Below, piece by piece: positions 57,331-64,000 of a stretch of DNA of 64,000 bases; position 1 is the stretch's first letter, and the number at the start of each line of letters is the position of its first letter. The notes below the pieces were generated by a model. It was not told the origin of the DNA and ran no database searches. It saw nothing but the letters and a program-made list of their open reading frames with translations. The stretch is from NCBI GenBank assembly GCA_900316355.1, contig ONCQ01000003.1, positions 6,113-70,112 of the forward strand, in the 5' to 3' direction. The translations under genes were made by a program, and so were the position numbers. Source of the stretch: an uncultured Prevotellaceae bacterium (GTDB taxonomy: Bacteria; Bacteroidota; Bacteroidia; Bacteroidales; Bacteroidaceae).

Positions 57331-57362
57331 AGAGTAACAAATGATTATATACGAATTGAACT

Positions 57363-57665
57363 ATGAGAAAACAAGAATTTGTCAGTTTGCTAAGGCAACG
57401 CCTTAAGGGAAAATCTATTTACAGTGTTGCGGAGGAAGTTCCTTATACAATAGAGGTGTCTATTGGTGAGGGTATTGTTAAAGGGATAAGAGGTTCCAGC
57501 GGCAATGCCTTCAAAGTAGATATCAATGAACTATCTGAAGCATACAATAAATGTGAGCGTCCTTTCACAACAACCAAGTTAAGGGAGTTCATAACAGGGC
57601 GTGTCTTATCCCCTGCATTAGCGATTTTAAAAGCTTTAGATCAAGCTATGGAAACTGATAGGTAA
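57363..57665 (+). CDS. Hypothetical 100-aa protein in an AT-rich island
   Basis: Clean ORF with low GC. No recognisable motif. Confidence 0.45.
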   Translation: MRKQEFVSLLRQRLKGKSIYSVAEEVPYTIEVSIGEGIVKGIRGSSGNAFKVDINELSEAYNKCERPFTTTKLREFITGRVLSPALAILKALDQAMETDR

Positions 57666-57686
57666 TTAATTGCTTATGCAAGTGGC

Positions 57687-57827
57687 ATGATAGAATCTTA
57701 TGGAACATTTTACTGTCCGATATGCGGCAGCTATAATATTCAGTATGATTTCGGCATGCTGATATGCCAAGACTGCCTGTGGACATGGAATCCTGATGAG
57801 GAAGAACAGCAATTATTGATAGACTAA
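57687..57827 (+). CDS. 46-aa zinc-ribbon mini-protein (CPICG...CQDC), below the cutoff of the ORF track
   Basis: Reads MIESYGTFYCPICGSYNIQYDFGMLICQDCLWTWNPDEEEQQLLID*. The two CxxC pairs are spaced 14 residues apart. Confidence 0.45.
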   Translation: MIESYGTFYCPICGSYNIQYDFGMLICQDCLWTWNPDEEEQQLLID

Positions 57828-57838
57828 AGACTAGTAAC

Positions 57839-58324
57839 ATGAGCAAAGAAAAAGATGCATTGAAGCAACAAGGGTTTGTTGGCTTCAAGAAAGTAAGCGA
57901 GTTAATGGTAACAAACTGTTCAGACGTTCCAGCTGTGCAAGGCGTGTATGTGGTGTTGCACGAGGGGACAGAAGCACCAGTTTTCCTTAAAGATGGCACG
58001 GGTGGGGCATTCAAGGGGAAGAATCCGAATTCCGATATTAGTAAATTGAAAGCGAACTGGGTAGAAGACACACAAATTGTGTACATCGGAATGACCCAAG
58101 ACACCCTAAAGAAGCGCCTAAGCACTTATATGCGCTTTGGACAAGGTGAAGCTGTAGGACATTGGGGTGGACGTTTCATATGGCAGATGAAAGACTCCCG
58201 AGACTTGATCATCTGTTGGAAACCTATGCCCATAGGTGACGCGGCCAAAGAAGAATCCGACATGATTCAATCCTTTAAGCAAGCCCACGGGGGCAAACGC
58301 CCATTCGCTAATCTTCGCGATTAA
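57839..58324 (+). CDS. Hypothetical 161-aa protein
   Basis: Clean ORF in the AT-rich island. A weak GVY...YIG resemblance to GIY-YIG was considered and rejected on spacing. Confidence 0.45.
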   Translation: MSKEKDALKQQGFVGFKKVSELMVTNCSDVPAVQGVYVVLHEGTEAPVFLKDGTGGAFKGKNPNSDISKLKANWVEDTQIVYIGMTQDTLKKRLSTYMRFGQGEAVGHWGGRFIWQMKDSRDLIICWKPMPIGDAAKEESDMIQSFKQAHGGKRPFANLRD

Positions 58325-58457
58325 AGAATAGCCTCCCCCCCCCACATCCTCCGCAATAGTGCCAATGCATCTGTTGCGGAGTTTTTTCTTCTGAACGACA
58401 TGAATTGTCGCTGCTACGTGCTACCTTTGTCACCAACTTCCTAAAATTATATAGCGT

Positions 58458-58841
58458 ATGAGTTCAAAAAACATGCCCCTGTTCTTATTAATGGTTTCTA
58501 TCGGCGTAGCATTGGCTGTATTGTTTTCCAAAATTAGCGATATCGGAAGGCCGACGAAGCATGAAAGCCTGTCTTCGCAGTCATTACAATCAGACACGAT
58601 GAGGCAAGGTATGACTTTTACATTACCTGAATCAGAAGATGGTGGCCCGTTCAACGAGTTCTCCATCTATGGTAACTATTTCTATCAACTTCATGTCAGT
58701 AGCAGGCCAAGGATGCGGTCAGATGGTTACTATGAATGGTACTGCGATGAACAGCTGAAGACAACGGATGACATGTACCGATATTATCGCAGGCATCGCT
58801 CCGAAATCGTCAGACAGATGCGGGAGCGTGGAGTCATCTGA
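58458..58841 (+). CDS. Hypothetical 127-aa protein with an N-terminal signal or TM segment
   Basis: Hydrophobic N-terminus LFLLMVSIGVALAVLF and an aromatic-rich C-terminus. No family recognised. Confidence 0.45.
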   Translation: MSSKNMPLFLLMVSIGVALAVLFSKISDIGRPTKHESLSSQSLQSDTMRQGMTFTLPESEDGGPFNEFSIYGNYFYQLHVSSRPRMRSDGYYEWYCDEQLKTTDDMYRYYRRHRSEIVRQMRERGVI

Positions 58842-58854
58842 TGTGGTGACGTCC

Positions 58855-59766
58855 TTACTCCCCATTTCTCCTCAAAGCCTCCCGATAGATGTCACGGACT
58901 CTATTGCGGAGGCTTTCGGGTTTTATGACAGTGAGGGAGGTGCTACGCGAAAGCAGGGCCATAACGAAGTCATTAGTAATACGCAGGCGTAGAGCGATGC
59001 GGAACTCCTTGTCATCATCTATGAGGATGTGTTGTGAGTGGTGTAGGGGGAGCGATTTCAGGAAGCGGCCGTCAAGAGGGCTATAGCTGAGTTCGATATC
59101 CTCGATGGGTATCTGTTCGTCGTTCCAGATGCCATAGCATTCGCTAAAGAGTTCTGCCACATTAATGATATTACGCCTGGCAAACGTCTCATCCTCCATA
59201 AGACAGAGCTCGTTCATGCGCTCGATGCCGTAAGTTTTCAGGACCCCGTCGTTATAAGCCAAAAGATACCAGCGTCCTTGCGATTCTTTCAGATAATGCG
59301 GCAAGGCATGCTCTACCACGAATACCGATTCTTTGCGATAGTCTTCATAGGCAAATCTCACGGGATGCTGCTTGCGGATAGCTGCCAGTAGAACAAGCAT
59401 ATTGTTGCTATGTGGTGGACGGTGGTGCTCGGCAAGGACATAGGAGCGGAGCGGCGACTGGCGGTCAAGTTCGTTGAGAAGATCAAAGTTGAAGAGTAGC
59501 TCCTCCAAGCGCTCTTCCGCATTGCTCAAATCCTCCTTGATGACGTAGCGCCCTCTCTGCATGTCGTAGCCTATGGTAAGACCAAAAGCCTCTTCGATAT
59601 GCTTGAAATCTCGCTCCAATGTTTTACCCGATATCGCCTTGAAGCCACGTAGCTTCATGCTGTCGTTGACAGCATCCAACAGCTCCTGTTGGCTGCTGTA
59701 TTTCCTGCTGCTCCTCACCTTTGTGATGGTGGTCAGCATCCTCTTTATACTTTCTAACTGGCTCAT
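58855..59766 (-). CDS. WYL-domain transcriptional regulator (YafY-like HTH plus WYL)
   Basis: N-terminal HTH (MSQLESIKRMLTTITKVRSS...) and the central WYL signature GRWYLLAYND. The upstream 36 codons, which overlap the preceding gene, were excluded. Confidence 0.7.
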   Translation of the reverse strand: MSQLESIKRMLTTITKVRSSRKYSSQQELLDAVNDSMKLRGFKAISGKTLERDFKHIEEAFGLTIGYDMQRGRYVIKEDLSNAEERLEELLFNFDLLNELDRQSPLRSYVLAEHHRPPHSNNMLVLLAAIRKQHPVRFAYEDYRKESVFVVEHALPHYLKESQGRWYLLAYNDGVLKTYGIERMNELCLMEDETFARRNIINVAELFSECYGIWNDEQIPIEDIELSYSPLDGRFLKSLPLHHSQHILIDDDKEFRIALRLRITNDFVMALLSRSTSLTVIKPESLRNRVRDIYREALRRNGE

Positions 59767-59804
59767 TTCTAATGGTCGTTCGAAGGCTCTGTCTTCAAGA
59801 CTTC

Positions 59805-61340
59805 TTATTGTTTCTTGCGCCACTGCCGCGTGCGCACGGCGAAGTTCTTGCGGAGGCAGTTGCTGTAGAGCCAAGGCTCACAACTGTGGATGTCGCCAAC
59901 GTTGATGAGGTTGCCATAGGGGTGATACTCGGAGCCGCTGTAGCCTGTGACCACGAGGACATGATAGTCAGGGTCGAGGCGTACGGTGATGGTGTCGTGG
60001 AGCGTGGCGGGGGTGTCGTCGGTGCGCCAGTTGACGGGGTTGATTCCGAAACAGGTGGCGGCGATGACGGGTTTGACATATTTCACATCCTTCACGGTGT
60101 TATAGCAGATGGTGACGCCGGTGTCGCCTTCGCCCGCAGCCGGAAGAATGCGGTGGCAGGCGGCGGTGTCCTCGGGTGTCACCTTGTAGCCCAGGACATA
60201 GGCGGCAGCAAGCTGACGGTAGGTCTCGTCGCTCATGTGCTTCAGCAACTCCACCACGGCCAGGCCGCCTTGGCTGAAGCCGGCGATGATGAGCGGTCGT
60301 GAGGCATCGCGCTGTTGCAGGAAGTGGTCGAAGGCATCGCAGACATCGCCCATGGCAAGTCGTGTGCGGGCGCGGATGGTGTCTTCGTTCTGTGTCATGA
60401 AGGCGTCGATGGTGGCGTGGCGGTAGTAGGGGGCGTAGAAGCGGTTGCCGGGTGCCATGTAGGCTGCCACACCGTTGATCTCGGTGGCCATGTGCTCGCG
60501 GTGTGCGGCGTTATAGACATCGGCGTAGTGGCACACGGTGCTGTCCGCCGTCCACCAGTCTTTCTCCCAAGTAGAGACGATGTAAAAAACATCGGCACCA
60601 GTGTCGTCGGCATCATCGTCCTGCGTAATCCACAATGCTGGGTCTGTGTAGTCGGGAGTCTGGGGGCATTGCAGGAGGAAACGCTCGGCAACGGGCAGGA
60701 AGAGGTCGTGGCCGGCGGCATTCAGGTGGGCGCGGTCGCTGCCGTTGCCACCTTGGAAGTAGGTCTTGCGGAACTGCTCGTCGGCGGCAAAGATGTTACT
60801 GTGGCGAGCGGCATCGAACACAGGGATGCCGTGGGCACTGCACACCTCCAGCATGGCATCTACAACCTGCTGTCGCAGACTGCCCTCAAAGTTTTCGCAG
60901 GTCCAAGGCGTAAAGAAGAAAATCTTGGCATGTGGGTACTTGGCGATGAGTCCTTTGCAGAGGATGCCGAGTCGCTCCTTGAAGACATCCACGCCGATGG
61001 AATCGATGCGCCCGGGTACGCCATCATTGTGACCCGCGATGACGACGACATAGTCCAGCGAGTCCTTCATCTCGGTGTAGCGTTTGTACATCGCCGGTCC
61101 CCACACCTTAAGGTCGAGGGAGATGCTGTTGCCGTTGCGGCCGTAGTTGAAGTACTGCATCCCGTGCTTCTTGGCGAACTTGTAGTGCCAGGTGTTCTCG
61201 ATAGGTTCGCGGTGGTTGCGCACGTAGCTGTCGCCGATTATGCCTATCTGCTTACCCTGCAGCGGGTCTGTCTGTGCACCGCACACTGTCGGGAGCATGA
61301 ACAGCGCTGCCAGTGCAGCAGTGAATAGAAACTTCTTCAT
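59805..61340 (-). CDS. Secreted SGNH/GDSL hydrolase fused to a DUF3089-like alpha/beta-hydrolase domain
   Basis: Signal peptide MKKFLFTAALAALFMLPTVCGA. GDSYV block I and the GHNDG region, then a C-terminal alpha/beta-hydrolase-like domain with GFSQGG. Confidence 0.65.
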   Translation of the reverse strand: MKKFLFTAALAALFMLPTVCGAQTDPLQGKQIGIIGDSYVRNHREPIENTWHYKFAKKHGMQYFNYGRNGNSISLDLKVWGPAMYKRYTEMKDSLDYVVVIAGHNDGVPGRIDSIGVDVFKERLGILCKGLIAKYPHAKIFFFTPWTCENFEGSLRQQVVDAMLEVCSAHGIPVFDAARHSNIFAADEQFRKTYFQGGNGSDRAHLNAAGHDLFLPVAERFLLQCPQTPDYTDPALWITQDDDADDTGADVFYIVSTWEKDWWTADSTVCHYADVYNAAHREHMATEINGVAAYMAPGNRFYAPYYRHATIDAFMTQNEDTIRARTRLAMGDVCDAFDHFLQQRDASRPLIIAGFSQGGLAVVELLKHMSDETYRQLAAAYVLGYKVTPEDTAACHRILPAAGEGDTGVTICYNTVKDVKYVKPVIAATCFGINPVNWRTDDTPATLHDTITVRLDPDYHVLVVTGYSGSEYHPYGNLINVGDIHSCEPWLYSNCLRKNFAVRTRQWRKKQ

Positions 61341-61418
61341 ATAGCACGTATTTGCTGATTCTTGTGGGCAAAGATACAAAGATTTATGCAGAAACGTTGC
61401 GCTTTCAAATAAAAGTTG

Positions 61419-61426
61419 TAACTTTG
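61419..61426 (+). promoter_or_regulatory. TAnnTTTG -7 box (TAACTTTG) upstream of serB
   Basis: Motif match 34 nt upstream of the ATG. Confidence 0.4.
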
Positions 61427-61459
61427 CGCTATTAAAAGCACCTACAAAGGCAAGATTCT

Positions 61460-62689
61460 ATGAGAGAAGAACAAATTCTTGTGCGCATCACGGGGCAGGA
61501 CCGCCCCGGTCTGACGGCCTCCATCATGTCCATCCTGTCGAAGTACAACGCCCAGATCTTGGACATCGGACAGGCCGATATCCACTCCACATTGTCACTG
61601 GGTATCCTCATCCGCATGGACGAGACCTTCTCCGGACAAGTGATGAAAGAACTCCTCTTCAAGGCTACAGAGATTGGCATCAACATAGGTTTCTCACCCA
61701 TCAGCGACGACGAGTACGAGGATTGGGTGAACCATCAGGGCAAGAATCGCTACATCCTCACCGTCATGGGGCGTCAGTTGGAAGCCCGCCAGATAGAAGC
61801 TGCTACGCGTGTGATTGCCGACCAAGGGCTGAACATCGATGCCATCCGCCGCATGACGGGGCGCAAGAGCATCAAGAATCCAGCCAAGCATGTGCGTGCC
61901 TGCATCGAATTCTCGGTGCGCGGCGAGCCCCGCGACCGTCAGGAGATGCAGTCGAAGCTCATGCGCATGTCGCAGGATCTGGAGATTGACTTCTCCTTCC
62001 AGCGCGATGATATGTTCCGCCGTATGCGTCGCCTCATCTGCTTTGATATGGACTCTACGCTCATACAGACCGAGTGCATCGACGAGTTGGCGGAGCGCGC
62101 CGGTGTCGGCGACCAGGTGCGCGCCATCACGGAGAGTGCTATGCGTGGCGAGATGGATTTCAAGGAGAGCTTCACGCGGCGTGTGAAGCTGCTCAAAGGT
62201 CTCGATGTCAGCGTTATGCACGACATCGCTGAACACATGCCTATCACTGAGGGCGTCGATAGACTCATGACTATCCTGAAGACTTGTGGCTATAAGATAG
62301 CCATCCTCAGCGGCGGCTTCACCTATTTTGGCGAATACCTGCAGCGCAAGTATGGTATCGACTATGTCTATGCCAACGAACTGGAGATTGATGACAGCGG
62401 CAAGCTCACAGGTAACTACGTAGGTGAGATTGTCGATGGCCACCGTAAAGCGGAGTTGCTGAAGCTCATCGCGCAGGTCGAGAAAGTCAATCTGGCGCAG
62501 ACGATCGCCGTGGGCGACGGCGCCAACGACTTGCCTATGATCAGCGAGGCGGGACTTGGCATTGCCTTCCATGCCAAGCCGCGTGTCGTGGCCAACGCGA
62601 AGCAGAGCATCAATACCATCGGTCTCGACGGTGTCCTCTATTTCCTCGGCTTCAAGGATTCCTACCTCGGCGACCAGGGTAAGCTGTAG
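61460..62689 (+). CDS. serB: Phosphoserine phosphatase with N-terminal ACT domains
   Basis: HAD motifs FDMDSTL and VGDGANDLPM, preceded by two ACT-like regulatory domains. Confidence 0.85.
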   Translation: MREEQILVRITGQDRPGLTASIMSILSKYNAQILDIGQADIHSTLSLGILIRMDETFSGQVMKELLFKATEIGINIGFSPISDDEYEDWVNHQGKNRYILTVMGRQLEARQIEAATRVIADQGLNIDAIRRMTGRKSIKNPAKHVRACIEFSVRGEPRDRQEMQSKLMRMSQDLEIDFSFQRDDMFRRMRRLICFDMDSTLIQTECIDELAERAGVGDQVRAITESAMRGEMDFKESFTRRVKLLKGLDVSVMHDIAEHMPITEGVDRLMTILKTCGYKIAILSGGFTYFGEYLQRKYGIDYVYANELEIDDSGKLTGNYVGEIVDGHRKAELLKLIAQVEKVNLAQTIAVGDGANDLPMISEAGLGIAFHAKPRVVANAKQSINTIGLDGVLYFLGFKDSYLGDQGKL

Positions 62690-62701
62690 GACATTCGGGT
62701 G

Positions 62702-64000
62702 TTACCGCGTGAGCGTGAGTTGGAGACTGCCTACGAAGCGTGCATTTTTGCCCATCTGGTTGTCAGGAACGATGATTCCATCGGCATTTTTCATGAGCTG
62801 CGGGCTGGCGAAATATGTGTGGCTATGGCCGCCAATGACTATGTCGATGTTGCGGGTGGCTGGGATGAATTCTTCATCGCTGATGCCCGCAATGTTCCAT
62901 CCAAGATGTGAAAGACAGACGACGAGGTCACATTTGGCCTTGTTCTTCAGGTAATCGGCCACGGGCTGTGCTGCCTGGATAGGATCTGTGTATTGTACGC
63001 CCTCACATGTATGGGAGGCCACGAGGCCTTCAAGCTGGGGCGCTACGCCGAGTACGCCGATTTTCAAGCCGGCGCGCTTAATAATAATGTACGGGCGCAC
63101 GAGGCCTTCAACGGGCGTGCCTGTGAAGTCGTAGTTGCAGCACACGATGGGGAAATGGGCCTGGCGGAAGAGTCGTGCCATGTTGTCGAGGCCGAAGTCA
63201 AACTCGTGATTGCCAATGGTGGCAGCGTCATAACCGATAAGATTCATGAGTCCTATTTCCACATCGCCCTTGTAAAGGTTGTAGTAGGCAGAGCCCTGCG
63301 AGAAGTCGCCCGCATCGAAGAGTAGCAGGTCGGGGTATTGGCTCCGCAGATCCCGGAGCAGGGCAGCACGTCGCAGATAGCCGCCCTTGTCAGCCTGTGC
63401 GGTGTCGGAGAGCAGTGGGTTGAGAGGCTCGATGCAGGAGTGCGTGTCGTTGGTATGCACCACGAGCAGTGACTTGCGGCTGGTGTAGGGGTTGGCATTC
63501 AGCTGTATGGGAGCCTTGGAGCTTGTGCCTATTTCTGTCTGACGCACATTCTGGGGTGCTTCGCCTTCGTCGGTCTCCACGATGCGCCCCTCGATGGCTG
63601 CCGTTGCCTTTAGCCCCTGCTTGTCAAGCATCCGTAGGTGGTTGATAATGGTTTCACGCACGGGCTCCCGTGTGTCAATGCGTTCCACGGATTTCTTGAG
63701 GGAATAGAGTTTGTCGTTGCCTTCGGCCAGGTAGTCGAGGGTGGCGATGGTGTAGATGCTGTCTTCGCGGATGGGCATGCCGCCGATGGTGGCACTCTTG
63801 AGGCGTCCGTCGCGTGTGATGACGAGGCGTGCGCTGCTGCTGATGCCTTCGCCGTGGACGGCTGCGATGTCCTGCATCAGTGTCTGCACATCGCTGCCGC
63901 GTAGCTTCAATATGGTAAAGAAGTTCTCGAAGGGTGTGATGGCCAGGATGTCCCCAAGGCGTACGGTGCCCTGCGGCATGGCCGCCCGCAGGCCACCGAC
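62702..64000 (-). CDS. 5'-nucleotidase C-terminal domain fused upstream of a calcineurin-like metallophosphatase domain; may continue beyond the window
   Basis: GDILAITPFENFF...TLDYLAEGNDK (5'-nucleotidase C-domain) precedes VVHTNDTHS...GNHEFDFG...GGHSH (metallophosphatase) in a single frame. The first Met is at 63979, but the frame may extend upstream. Confidence 0.6.
   Translation of the reverse strand, partial: VGGLRAAMPQGTVRLGDILAITPFENFFTILKLRGSDVQTLMQDIAAVHGEGISSSARLVITRDGRLKSATIGGMPIREDSIYTIATLDYLAEGNDKLYSLKKSVERIDTREPVRETIINHLRMLDKQGLKATAAIEGRIVETDEGEAPQNVRQTEIGTSSKAPIQLNANPYTSRKSLLVVHTNDTHSCIEPLNPLLSDTAQADKGGYLRRAALLRDLRSQYPDLLLFDAGDFSQGSAYYNLYKGDVEIGLMNLIGYDAATIGNHEFDFGLDNMARLFRQAHFPIVCCNYDFTGTPVEGLVRPYIIIKRAGLKIGVLGVAPQLEGLVASHTCEGVQYTDPIQAAQPVADYLKNKAKCDLVVCLSHLGWNIAGISDEEFIPATRNIDIVIGGHSHTYFASPQLMKNADGIIVPDNQMGKNARFVGSLQLTLTR

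Noticed and set aside
57839-58324. GIY-YIG nuclease assignment for the 161-aa ORF (GVYVV ... YIGMT)
   Set aside because: The spacing between the GVY and YIG elements is about 47 residues instead of the canonical 10-11, and the supporting Arg/Glu residues are not convincingly placed.
58855-59874. Full-length 339-aa version of the WYL regulator ORF
   Set aside because: The first 36 codons overlap the 3' end of the upstream SGNH hydrolase gene. The HTH-type N-terminus (MSQLESIKRML...) begins at the internal Met, giving 58855-59766.

Overview
This reads as a high-GC chromosomal segment from a Bacteroidota genome, probably Prevotella-like. The evidence is TAnnTTTG -7 promoter boxes, the type IX secretion regulator PorX, a BspA-type leucine-rich-repeat (LRR) protein, and Bacteroidetes-only families (DUF2851, DUF3109, HU-like/VirE pairs). 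Most of the window is housekeeping and densely packed. Readable genes are nadB (C-terminal part), tsaE, porX, a large TPR lipoprotein, aroA, trkH, a sirtuin, three tandem FKBP PPIases, Lrp, a C26 amidotransferase fused to an M19 dipeptidase, an M28/glutaminyl-cyclase-like protein, sufE, rbfA, a lolE-like permease, an NfeD-flotillin pair, tlpA, greA, a HIT protein, dprA, dapB, lepB, ung, an NlpC/P60 peptidase, cysS, ispG, purE, a PP2C phosphatase, a phosphopantetheinyl transferase, a PfkB kinase, ctpA, recO, rpsT, gyrB, an alkD-like gene, serB and a 5'-nucleotidase. RNA genes are tRNA-Pro(GGG), two identical tandem tRNA-Asn(GUU), and a previously hidden tRNA-Glu(UUC) upstream of rpsT. Three things stand out. 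First, a ~6.6 kb accessory island (about 780-7400) carries a Fic gene, an ECF sigma/anti-sigma pair, an MGMT-like gene, a VirE-like gene and an HU-like gene, and is punctuated by four copies of a conserved ~30-bp motif sitting exactly at gene 3' ends. Second, an AT-rich small-gene island (about 57100-58850) holds a duplicated zinc-ribbon mini-ORF and ends convergently on a WYL-domain regulator. Third, and most unusual, a pervasive family of modular repeat elements is scattered across the window. These elements combine GC-rich palindromic cores (CCCTCCC...GGGAGGG or GCCCCCGAGCCCCCTAAAGGGGAGCG), a 76-bp identical core, and flanking short tandem-repeat arrays. They are inserted in frame inside conserved genes (tsaE, porX N-terminus, a DUF3109 gene, the dipeptidase C-terminus, possibly cysS), and they form ~60-70 bp inverted repeats bracketing greA. 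I found no CRISPR array, integrase or transposase in this window.
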